Below are positions 48,065 through 56,916 of a DNA stretch of 64,000 bases, piece after piece; the first letter of the stretch is position 1, and each line of letters begins with the position of its first letter. This DNA comes from Thermoplasmata archaeon (GTDB lineage: Archaea > Thermoplasmatota > Thermoplasmata > Lutacidiplasmatales > UBA184), in NCBI GenBank assembly GCA_028864975.1, contig JAGWLG010000004.1:1-64000 (forward strand). Reading direction: 5' to 3'. Under the pieces are notes generated by a model. It was not told the DNA's origin and did not search any database. It saw only the letters and a program-made list of their open reading frames with translations. The translations under genes and the position numbers were made by a program.

Positions 48065-49615
48065 ATGGTCGAGCTCACCGAGACCGTCCTTCGCGACGGG
48101 CACCAGTCGCTCATCGCGACCAGGATGCGGACCCGGGACATGCTTCCCGCGGTCGAGCGCCTGGACGCGGTCGGTTACCGCTCGCTCGAGGTCTGGGGCG
48201 GCGCGACCTTCGACGTCTGCCTGCGCTATCTCCACGAGGACCCCTGGGAGCGCCTGCGGGAGATCAAGCGGCGAGCGAAGCGGACGCCGCTCCAGATGCT
48301 CCTCCGGGGGCAGAACCTGGTGGGCTATCGCCACTACCCGGACGACGTCGTCGAGCGCTTCTGCGCGAGGGCCGCGAAGGAGGGGGTCGACCTCTTCCGC
48401 GTCTTCGACGCGCTCAACGACCCCAGGAACATGCGCACGGCGGTCCGAGCGATCAAGAAGGCCGGGGGACGAGTGCAGGGGACCATCTGCTACACCGAAA
48501 GCCCGGTGCACACCCAGGAGGCGTTCGTGTCCCTGGGCCGCGAGCTCGCCGAAATGGGTTCGGACGAGCTCTGCATCAAGGACATGGGCGGGTTCATGCC
48601 GCCCCACGCGGCAGCGGCGCTCGTCTCCGCACTGAAGAAGGAGATCGGGCTCCCGATCGCGGTCCATACGCACTCCTCCAGCGGCATGGCCCTCATGGCC
48701 CTCCTCGCGAGCGCCGAGGCCGGAGCGACCTCCCTCGACACGGCGCTCTCGCCTTTCGGAGGAGGGACCTCCCAGCCCCCGACCGAGTCCGTCGTCGGAG
48801 GCCTGCGTGGGACGCCGTTCGCCACCCGGCTCTCCCTGGAGCCGCTCGCCGACCTCGCCGACTACTTCCAGGGGGTGCTGGAGCGCTACCGCCCCATGCT
48901 GGAGTTCCGTTCGCTCCAGGTGGACCCTCAGGTCCTGCTCCACCAGGTCCCGGGGGGGATGCTCTCGAACCTCTTCTCGCAGCTGAGGGAACAGGACGCC
49001 CTCGGGCGCCTCCCTGAGGTGCTGAAGGAGGTGCCGCGGGTGCGGGAGGACCTGGGCTACCCTCCACTCGTGACGCCCACGAGCCAGATCGTGGGGATCC
49101 AGGCGGTCTTCAACGTCCTCTTGGGGCAGCGCTACAAGGAGATCACGAAAGAGGTCCGGGACTACGTGAAGGGCCTCTACGGACACGCTCCCGGTCCGAT
49201 CTCCTCCGACCTTCAGCACCGGGTCCTCGACGGGGCGGCGCCCCTCGACGGACGACCGGCGGACCTCCTCGCGCCCGAGTACGAGAGGATACGGAGCGAG
49301 CTCTCGGCGCTCCTCCCGGCGGCCACGGAGGAGGAGGTCCTCTCCTACGCTATCTTCCCCCAGGTGTTCAAGGAGTATCTCGTGGGTCGGTCGAAGGGGT
49401 ACACCGCCGAGATGCTGACCGTGGCCGCCGCGGGAGTGCTAGCGGCCCTCCGAGCTCCTACCGTCGCGGCCGCGCCTCCCTCCACGGCGCTCTCCTCAAC
49501 CTCGCCGACCTCCTCCGTCGCCGCTCCGTCCTCCGGGTGGGCGCTCGCGGGTCGGATACGAAGCATGGATCCCCATCGGTGGCAAGATGCGTATACAGCT
49601 CGTCGTCGACGGTAA
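48065..49615 (+). CDS. Pyruvate/oxaloacetate carboxyltransferase (OadA/PycB/5S-like), no biotinyl domain, epsilon-like tail
   Basis: LRDGHQSL.ATR, WGGATFD, FRVFDALND, IKDMGG, HTH, HQVPGGM.SN, PLVTPTSQIVG. Confidence 0.92.
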   Translation: MVELTETVLRDGHQSLIATRMRTRDMLPAVERLDAVGYRSLEVWGGATFDVCLRYLHEDPWERLREIKRRAKRTPLQMLLRGQNLVGYRHYPDDVVERFCARAAKEGVDLFRVFDALNDPRNMRTAVRAIKKAGGRVQGTICYTESPVHTQEAFVSLGRELAEMGSDELCIKDMGGFMPPHAAAALVSALKKEIGLPIAVHTHSSSGMALMALLASAEAGATSLDTALSPFGGGTSQPPTESVVGGLRGTPFATRLSLEPLADLADYFQGVLERYRPMLEFRSLQVDPQVLLHQVPGGMLSNLFSQLREQDALGRLPEVLKEVPRVREDLGYPPLVTPTSQIVGIQAVFNVLLGQRYKEITKEVRDYVKGLYGHAPGPISSDLQHRVLDGAAPLDGRPADLLAPEYERIRSELSALLPAATEEEVLSYAIFPQVFKEYLVGRSKGYTAEMLTVAAAGVLAALRAPTVAAAPPSTALSSTSPTSSVAAPSSGWALAGRIRSMDPHRWQDAYTARRRR

Positions 49616-50153
49616 GAGGCAGGAGCTCGAGGTCGACCTCGCCAAGGGCGAGGTGCGCCTCGGTGGGCGGAGCGTGCCGTTCCACGTGGTCGACGACGCG
49701 GGCGGGCGGGTCGAGGTTGATGTGGGGGGGGAGAAGCATGTCCTCGAAGGTTGGCCGGACGGGGCACCCTCGCCTCCGACGAACACGCTCGTCGTGAACC
49801 GGGAGCTCCATCGTGTCGAAGGCGTTCACGCGGAGACCGAGCGCGTCCTCACCCCCACCCTATCCTCCCAGGAGAGAAAGACCCCGGTCCCCCCGACACG
49901 CGCTGCCGCGTCCGGCCCGTCCTCGGACGGCCCCGGCGTCCCGATCGCGCCGCCGATGCCGGGGAAGGTCCTCGAGGTCCGGGTGAAAGAGGGCGAGGAG
50001 GTGGTCCCAGGACAGACCCTGCTCGTCCTTGAGGCGATGAAGATGCGGAACGAGATCCAGAGCCCCGGCGCGGGGAAGGTCCAAGGGCTGTCGGTCGCGC
50101 CCGGGGCGATGGTGAAGGCGAAGCAGGTGCTGCTCCGGATCGTTCCCCCGTAG
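49587..50153 (+). CDS. Biotin carboxyl carrier protein (1.3S/BCCP-like)
   Basis: APMPGKV, LEAMKMRNEI, Pro/Ala-rich linker. Confidence 0.93.
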   Translation: MRIQLVVDGKRQELEVDLAKGEVRLGGRSVPFHVVDDAGGRVEVDVGGEKHVLEGWPDGAPSPPTNTLVVNRELHRVEGVHAETERVLTPTLSSQERKTPVPPTRAAASGPSSDGPGVPIAPPMPGKVLEVRVKEGEEVVPGQTLLVLEAMKMRNEIQSPGAGKVQGLSVAPGAMVKAKQVLLRIVPP

Positions 50154-50264
50154 GGCCTGTCGGCCCCGCTCACGCGACCCCGCGTGGTCAATACCCGCAG
50201 GTGAGCTTTCGTGAAGGCTCGAGCAACCCTTGAAAGGGAGGTTCGGCCTATCAGAAACAACGCC

Positions 50265-50606
50265 ATGACGAAGGCCATGGGGGGACGACCCGATCCGAAC
50301 GCGGTCCAAGAGGCCATCCGTCGGATCGTGGGGGCCGCGCACCCCGTTCGCATCATCCTCTTCGGCTCGGCCGCTCGCGGGGAGATGAGGGACGACAGCG
50401 ACCTCGATATGCTGGTGGTCTGCAAGCCGCCCCTGGACCGGGTCGAAATGACGAGCCGTATCTACGAGGGACTCCTGGGGGTCGAGTTCCCGGTCGATGT
50501 TCTTGTCGTGACCGAGGAGTCCCTTGCGAAGACCCGGGACAACCCGGGTTTCATCTACGGCACGGCGTTGGAAGAGGGGAGGGAGATCTATCTCGCCGGA
50601 GCCTGA
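50265..50606 (+). CDS. Minimal nucleotidyltransferase (pair 3)
   Basis: IILFGSAARG...DSDLDMLVV, PVDVLV, ALEEG..IY. Confidence 0.9.
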   Translation: MTKAMGGRPDPNAVQEAIRRIVGAAHPVRIILFGSAARGEMRDDSDLDMLVVCKPPLDRVEMTSRIYEGLLGVEFPVDVLVVTEESLAKTRDNPGFIYGTALEEGREIYLAGA

Positions 50607-50982
50607 GTACCTCGGAGCCCCCACAGAGTGGCTGACCAGGGCTCGGAGCAACCTTGAGCTCGCGCACCGGGCGGTGGGTCCCGGGGTGTTGTGGGAGGAT
50701 CTCGCCTTCGAGGCCCAGCAGGCCGCCGAGAAGGCTCTCAAGGGCGTTCTGATCGCCCGAGGCGGCTCCTTCCGAAAGACGCACGACATCGGCGTCCTGC
50801 TTACTCTTCTCCGGAATGCCGGTGTCGAAGTGTCGCACGACCTCGATGCTTCGGTCCATCTAAGCCAGTACGCGTTCGCAAGCCGTTACCCGTCCGAGGT
50901 GCCTCTCACGGAAGCAAACTTCCGTGAGGCGCTGCAACTCGCCGAAGCCGTGGTGGCGTGGTGCGAGACGCAGGTGGCGTAG
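50590..50982 (+). CDS. HEPN-domain protein (pair 3), probable non-AUG start
   Basis: WLTRARSNL, AQQAAEKALKG, KTHDI, ASRYP; no ATG/GTG/TTG near the N-terminus, ATC 50590 follows GGAGG. Confidence 0.85.
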   Translation: MSPEPEYLGAPTEWLTRARSNLELAHRAVGPGVLWEDLAFEAQQAAEKALKGVLIARGGSFRKTHDIGVLLTLLRNAGVEVSHDLDASVHLSQYAFASRYPSEVPLTEANFREALQLAEAVVAWCETQVA

Positions 50983-51083
50983 CCCGCTGTTGTCGTTCTT
51001 CCTCGCTCACGGCGATTTCTGGCCGCCATGCTTTGGGCTCGAGGCACCAACACCTTAATGGGTCCCGCCGTGGCGGCCCCTTC

Positions 51084-52550
51084 ATGCCGCCTCCACCGCG
51101 CCGCGTCATCCCGGTCGAGCGGCTCGACGACTGGCGGTACCGCCTCCCCAAGTCCACTGTCCCCGGGATGAACACCGACGGGATCCTCTTCTCGACGCCA
51201 AAGCTCGTGGAAGGATCCATCTCCGACGGGTGCTTGGAGCAGCTCGCGAACGTAGCGACGCTCCCCGGGATCCTCGGGAGCTCCCTCGCCATGCCGGACA
51301 TCCACTTCGGCTACGGCTTCCCCGTGGGGGGCGTGGCCGCCTTCGACCTGACCGAAGGGGTCGTCTCCCCCGGAGGGATCGGCTACGACATCAACTGCGG
51401 GGTCCGATTGATCCGCACCGACCTCACCGCCGTGGAGGTGAGGACGCGCCTTCGCGAGCTCACCCGAGCCCTGTTCGAGGCCGTCCCGAGCGGCGTGGGG
51501 AGCAAGGGCGGCGTGCGCCTGGACCACTCTGAGCTGGACAAGGTCCTGGAGGGCGGGGCGCGTTGGGCCGTGGAGCAGGGCTACGGCGTGGGCGAAGACC
51601 TTGAGCACCAGGAGGAGCACGGCAACCTTGCGGGCGCCGTCGCTTCCAGGGTCAGCGCACGGGCCCACGAGCGGGGCTTGAAGCAGTTGGGGACCCTCGG
51701 CTCCGGCAACCACTTCCTCGAGGTCCAGGAGGTAGCGGAGGTGCTCCGCCCGGAGGCCGCGAAGGCGATGGAGCTCGTTTCGGGCCAGGCTGTCGTCATG
51801 CTCCACACCGGCTCGCGCGGGCTCGGCCACCAGGTGGCGACAGACTACATCGCGCAGTTCGACGAAGGCTTGCGCGTGCAGGGGAAGACGCTCATCGACC
51901 GCCAGCTCTCCTGTGCGGGAGCGGACTCTCCCGAGGCCAAGGCCTACCTCGAGGCCATGGCCTCCGGGGCCAACTTCGCGTGGGCCAACCGGCAGATCAT
52001 CACCGACGGGGTCCGTAAGGCCTTCTCGAAGGTCTTCGGTCGGACGGCCGACGAGCTGGGGGTGCGCGTGGTCTACGACCTCTCCCACAACATGGCGAAG
52101 GTCGAAGAGCACGTCCTCCCGGACGGCGGGCGGAAGAAGGTCATCGTCCACCGCAAGGGAGCGACGCGCGCCTTCCCCGAGGGACGGGAGGAGATCCCCT
52201 CCCGCTATCGTTCGGTGGGGCAACCGGTCCTGATCCCCGGCGACATGGGGACCGCGAGCTACGTCCTGGTCGGGGCCCCCGGGAGCATGGAGCGTTCCTT
52301 CGGCTCGGCCTGCCATGGGGCAGGGAGGGTCCTCTCCCGCGCGGCCGCGACGCGCCGGTTCCGGTTCCGCGACGTGACGGAAGGCCTCGCCGCGAAGGGG
52401 ATCATCGTCGAGTCGGCGAGCAGGGAAGGGGTGACGGAGGAGGCCCCGGGCGCCTACAAGGACGTGCACGAAGTGGTCCGCGCGACGGAAGGTGCCGGGC
52501 TTGCCCGCGTCGCCGTCCGCCTCTCCCCGCTCGGGGTCGTGAAGGGGTAG
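51084..52550 (+). CDS. rtcB: RNA-splicing ligase RtcB
   Basis: MPDIHFGYGFPVGG, GYDINCGVR, GSGNHFLE, HTGSRG, HNMAK, HRKGAT, HGAGR, EEAP.AYK. Confidence 0.97.
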   Translation: MPPPPRRVIPVERLDDWRYRLPKSTVPGMNTDGILFSTPKLVEGSISDGCLEQLANVATLPGILGSSLAMPDIHFGYGFPVGGVAAFDLTEGVVSPGGIGYDINCGVRLIRTDLTAVEVRTRLRELTRALFEAVPSGVGSKGGVRLDHSELDKVLEGGARWAVEQGYGVGEDLEHQEEHGNLAGAVASRVSARAHERGLKQLGTLGSGNHFLEVQEVAEVLRPEAAKAMELVSGQAVVMLHTGSRGLGHQVATDYIAQFDEGLRVQGKTLIDRQLSCAGADSPEAKAYLEAMASGANFAWANRQIITDGVRKAFSKVFGRTADELGVRVVYDLSHNMAKVEEHVLPDGGRKKVIVHRKGATRAFPEGREEIPSRYRSVGQPVLIPGDMGTASYVLVGAPGSMERSFGSACHGAGRVLSRAAATRRFRFRDVTEGLAAKGIIVESASREGVTEEAPGAYKDVHEVVRATEGAGLARVAVRLSPLGVVKG

Positions 52551-52566
52551 CCGCCCTCGGGTCGGC

Positions 52567-55500
52567 TCAGAGATGCGCGCCGCAGTGCGGGCAGTCGCGG
52601 GCGCCCCGTGCGACCTTGCCGATGCAAACCGGGCAGACCTCGGCCGCCGACCCTGAGGGAGGGGGCTCAGTCCCCTCCTGGAGCGGGACGCTGGCCGGCT
52701 CGGCCCCTCCTTCGGACCCTACACGGTCGCTCTGGGCGTCGGTCGACGACCCGCTCGCGGGTGCCGGATACGGCGAGGACGGCGCGGCCGGTCCTCCCAC
52801 TTGGACTCCCTGCAGAGAAGTAGCCGACAAGGCGGCGGTCGGCCCCACCGGGGGAGCGATCATGTCCATCGGTCCGGGGGGTGGGGGGCCTGCGGGAGGT
52901 CCCTCCCCCGGTTCGTAACCTGGGCCGATCACGGAAGGGAAGGGGGCCAGGTCCGAAGGGGGCGGGGCGACGGCGAGCCGGGACCGCCCGCGTCGCCGAA
53001 GCACGAGAAGGGCCACGATCGCCGCCACGACCAGGGCTACCGTCACGAGGAAGAGGGGGCTCGAGAGCACCCCCACCATCCTGGAGAACACGGAACCTGG
53101 CGTGGTGGCCGCCGAGACGTTCACCCAGAGGGTCCGGTTGAACTCCTCCCCCAACGCATCGCTCATCCGGGCCGTGGCCTGGAACGTCCCGGTCCGGTTG
53201 AACGTGTGCGTCGGGTCGAGGGCTTGAGAGGGGCCCCCTCCATCCGAGAACGTCCAGAGGACCGCGTACGGGGCGAGCCCCCCGCTGGGGATCGCGTCGA
53301 GGTGGACCGTGAGCGGTGCGTTCCCCGAGGTGCGGTCCGCGCTGACGTTTCCTCTCAGCGGACCCACCACCGAGACGACCAGGGTCGTGGTCGCGCTCTG
53401 GCGCGAGGGCGTGGAGGAGTCGTTCACGTACAGGCGCACCACGTAGCTTCCGCGGGTGGGGTAGGTGTGCGTCGGAGAAGCGAGCGCCGAGACGTTCCCG
53501 TCGCCGAAGCGCCAGGAGTAGACGTACGGGAGGTTCCCCCCCGAGACGCCGGCCTTGAAGTCGACGGCGAGCGGTGGGAGGCCTGCGGGGGGGGTCGCTC
53601 GGGGGTTCAGCGTCAGCGGTCCCTTCGACACCGCGATGACGACGGGGGCGAAGGACGCCGCGCCATTGAGGTCGGTCGCACGTAGCGTCGCGGTGAAGTT
53701 CCCGGACCGGTTGTAGACGTGGGTCGGGTCCGGCGCCGAGGAGAGCGGAGCGCCGTCCCCGAAGCTCCAGCGGTAGAGGTAGGGACCTGTGCCCCCCCTC
53801 GCGCCGCCCGAGAACTGGACGGCGAGGGGAAGGACCCCTGACGTGGGCGATGCCGAGGCCATCGCGGTCAGGGAGCTGGCGCTCGGAGAGACCGAGAGGA
53901 AGAGGCTCGACGCGTTGGTCTTGCCCACCGCGTCCGTGACGGTGAGCGTCGCTCGGAAGGTCCCGGAGCCGTTGTAGATGTGCTGGGGAGCGGTGGCGCC
54001 GGACGGGGTCGAGAGGTCGCCGAAGTCCCAGCTCCAACGCAAGGGCCCCGTGCCTCCCACGACGGTCGAGCTGAAGGCGACCGAGAGCGGGGCGGTCCCG
54101 CTCGTGGGGGTCGCCGTTGCGCTGACCAACGGGAGCGGTGCCACCACCACGCGCGCGAGGGCGGTGGCGCTGAATCCCGCCGTGTCGTTGACATAGAGCC
54201 GGGCGTAGAACGTGACCGGGACCGTTCCCGTGACCACGTACGGGTGGCTGACGTTCGCTCCCATCGCGGGGGCACTCCCGTCCCCAAAGACCCAGGTGTA
54301 GGTGTAGGGGGGTGTGCCCCCCACACCGAGACCCTGGAAGATCACGGGGATCCCCGAGTCGGTGGGAGAGTTGGTCGCGGCCGCGGAGGCGGAGAGGATC
54401 CCCCCGCCGGCCGCGGGACAGGTGCCGCTCGCTCCTCCCACGTCCACCTGGACCATCGGGCTCTCGCCCGCCATCGGGACGGGAGCGGTCGAGTCCGTCG
54501 CCGTCGCGTAGGCGCAGTCGACCCCCACCGCCTGGTAGGTGTGGCTGGGCGAGGTCGCCCCGGTCGAGGAGATGTTCCCTTCGAACGTTCCGTCACCCCA
54601 GTACATCGTCCAGGCGAAGGGCCCTGTGCCTCCCGTGGGCGTCGCCGAGAACGGGACCAACTGGCCCACCGTCGGGCTGGGGGAGCTTGTGGTCAGGGTG
54701 ACCCCGAACGTGGACGTCCCCACGGAGATGAGCACGGGGGCGGAGGTCGTCGAGTTGCCCGAACTGTCGAAAGCGACGACCCAGGCGAGGTAGGAACCTG
54801 GGATGAGGTAGGTGTGGGTCGCCAGGGTCCCCGGCTGGGTCGTCGCATTCCCGTCCCCGAACAGGAAGGTGTAGGTCGGATAGGTGCCCGTGCCCCCGCT
54901 GGCCGACGCCGCGAACGTGACCGGGAGCGGAGCGCTTCCGCTCTGCGGACCGAGGGAGAGGGCGACCTCGAACCCGCCTCGCGGGGGAACGGGTCCTCCT
55001 CGCGCCAGGTCCGGCACCGCGTAGGCGGCCTTCGGGGTCCCGATCCCCGTGATCGGGTCCCACCCGGGGGTCGCCGAGTACCCGTTGTTCCCGGAGGTGA
55101 TGTCATGGAAATCGGTCGAGTAGCTCGTGGAACGGAGGATGGCGTAGAGCGTGGGGTCGAGCAGTCCGATGCCTCCTCCATGGATCTGGTCCGCGGTGGC
55201 CGCGAGGCCCGCCCACATGGGGGAGGCGTCGGAGGTCCCTTCCACGAGCCAGGTCTGGCCCCCTTCGACCATCTCGAGGTAGCTCCCGGCCGTGATCCCG
55301 ACGTCCGGGACCCCGCGCAGCCCGTTGTTGACGACGCCGAGGCCGCGTTGGTACCAGGGCTGGGGTTGAGGCGACCATCCTCCCCCGGCCCCTCCCCCGT
55401 TGTTGCAGCTGCTGCCGGAGAGGTTCCCGCTCCAGGCGGTCTCGCTGCTATAGCTCGTGCCGCTCACGGTCAGGACGGTCCCCCCCACGCCGGTCGCTGC

Positions 55501-56772
55501 GTCGTCGGAGGCCGGATAGTCCGTGGAGGCGGTCTGCGTCCCGTCCGCGGCTCCGCAGTCGCCGCTCGCGGCGAAGACACTGATCCCCTCGACCGCGGCT
55601 GCCTGGAGGATAGGATGCAGGATGGCGTAGGTGCCGTCGGTGGAGGCGTTGCAGCTCGAGGAGCAAGCAGCCCCACCGTAGACCCCAACGTCCGGCTCGC
55701 CCCAGGAGAGCGAGATGACGTCCGCCACGTGGTACTCGACCAGGAAGTTCACGGCCTGGTAGAGCCCGAACCCCGAATCGGGGGAGAAGACGACGTCCAG
55801 ATTCGCCCCCTCGGCCATGACGTGCGACCATTCCATGTCCAGGGCGGTCTCGATCCCCCACCCGCTCGAGGTGCTCGCGTTCGGGTCCCGCGTGTCCGGG
55901 TCCGGGTAGAGGAACGAGAGCGAGGAGCTCGGAAGCGCGAAGTTCGCGTTGAAGGAGGCGTAGTCGCTCGCGAGCTGGGCCTGGGTCTCGCTCGAGTCGT
56001 AGTCGTCCACGACGGCGACCGTGCGACCGGCGCCGGTCTCGCTCTTCCCGATCAGCGTGGAGTCCCCGTAGGCGGATTGCACTTCGCAGGGAGTGTACCC
56101 AAATGTCCCCGTCGCGCAGGAAGCCCCAACCTCTGGGGAGCGCGGGCTTGAGAGAGAGAACGGACCGTTCACCATCTCGAGAGGTCGTGCATCCAGAGCG
56201 TTCGTGAGGCCGAAGCTCCCCGACACGGAGAGGTCAGAGGGCAGGCTCGGGGCCGTGCTCGGTCCGTAGACGACACGAGGACCCACCTGCCAGAGCTCGA
56301 GGGAGGTGTGGAACGCGGCGGACATCTCGGCCGAGGTGCCCGAGAGCCCCAGGGTCAGCCGGTTCGACGAAGGCTCGACCGTGAGGCCGTAGGAGGAGAA
56401 GTACGCCGAGGCCCGGTCGTAGGCGGAAGAGGAGGGCGAGAACTGGGTCGCGAACTCCGTTGGGGAGAGGAAGGTACGGTAGAGAGGGGAGTTCGGGGTC
56501 GACTCCTCTTGCACGAGCCGCGAAAGCTCCTGTGGGTCCCTCGTGGGGAGAGCGATGCCGGCATGCAGCGGGGCGGAACCCGTGAGCTTCCCGAGGTCCC
56601 TCGCCGCGGGGAAGATAGCCGGGATCGCGGCCCCCACGGCGTGGAGCATGGTGGGTGAGCCTCCGGCGATGGAGGTGACCGGAGCCGCGGCCGGGGGGAT
56701 CGCCGTCACCGACAAAAGCGCGAGGACGAGAACCGCGATGGGGAGCCCCCGATGTTGAGGACCCTTGGGCAC
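52567..56772 (-). CDS. Sedolisin (S53) protease with prodomain, about 7 PKD domains, TM, Pro-rich tail and C-terminal zinc ribbon
   Basis: IETALDMEW, AASGDCG, PDV, GTSDASPMWAG, GWDPITGIGTP; FGDG PKD repeats; terminal CPVC...CPHC. Confidence 0.92.
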   Translation of the reverse strand: MPKGPQHRGLPIAVLVLALLSVTAIPPAAAPVTSIAGGSPTMLHAVGAAIPAIFPAARDLGKLTGSAPLHAGIALPTRDPQELSRLVQEESTPNSPLYRTFLSPTEFATQFSPSSSAYDRASAYFSSYGLTVEPSSNRLTLGLSGTSAEMSAAFHTSLELWQVGPRVVYGPSTAPSLPSDLSVSGSFGLTNALDARPLEMVNGPFSLSSPRSPEVGASCATGTFGYTPCEVQSAYGDSTLIGKSETGAGRTVAVVDDYDSSETQAQLASDYASFNANFALPSSSLSFLYPDPDTRDPNASTSSGWGIETALDMEWSHVMAEGANLDVVFSPDSGFGLYQAVNFLVEYHVADVISLSWGEPDVGVYGGAACSSSCNASTDGTYAILHPILQAAAVEGISVFAASGDCGAADGTQTASTDYPASDDAATGVGGTVLTVSGTSYSSETAWSGNLSGSSCNNGGGAGGGWSPQPQPWYQRGLGVVNNGLRGVPDVGITAGSYLEMVEGGQTWLVEGTSDASPMWAGLAATADQIHGGGIGLLDPTLYAILRSTSYSTDFHDITSGNNGYSATPGWDPITGIGTPKAAYAVPDLARGGPVPPRGGFEVALSLGPQSGSAPLPVTFAASASGGTGTYPTYTFLFGDGNATTQPGTLATHTYLIPGSYLAWVVAFDSSGNSTTSAPVLISVGTSTFGVTLTTSSPSPTVGQLVPFSATPTGGTGPFAWTMYWGDGTFEGNISSTGATSPSHTYQAVGVDCAYATATDSTAPVPMAGESPMVQVDVGGASGTCPAAGGGILSASAAATNSPTDSGIPVIFQGLGVGGTPPYTYTWVFGDGSAPAMGANVSHPYVVTGTVPVTFYARLYVNDTAGFSATALARVVVAPLPLVSATATPTSGTAPLSVAFSSTVVGGTGPLRWSWDFGDLSTPSGATAPQHIYNGSGTFRATLTVTDAVGKTNASSLFLSVSPSASSLTAMASASPTSGVLPLAVQFSGGARGGTGPYLYRWSFGDGAPLSSAPDPTHVYNRSGNFTATLRATDLNGAASFAPVVIAVSKGPLTLNPRATPPAGLPPLAVDFKAGVSGGNLPYVYSWRFGDGNVSALASPTHTYPTRGSYVVRLYVNDSSTPSRQSATTTLVVSVVGPLRGNVSADRTSGNAPLTVHLDAIPSGGLAPYAVLWTFSDGGGPSQALDPTHTFNRTGTFQATARMSDALGEEFNRTLWVNVSAATTPGSVFSRMVGVLSSPLFLVTVALVVAAIVALLVLRRRGRSRLAVAPPPSDLAPFPSVIGPGYEPGEGPPAGPPPPGPMDMIAPPVGPTAALSATSLQGVQVGGPAAPSSPYPAPASGSSTDAQSDRVGSEGGAEPASVPLQEGTEPPPSGSAAEVCPVCIGKVARGARDCPHCGAHL

Positions 56773-56916
56773 ATCGTTTCGAGGTGGCCGGGGCTATATG
56801 ACCGTGCCCCGGGGCGTCGAGCGTAGGAGGGGACCCCAAGTCCCTCGCCTGGGCGGCCGGACGATGCAGGAGGGTAGGGTCCCCGCCGGGGGTAGGACCG
56901 TCTTGAGCAAGTGGCC

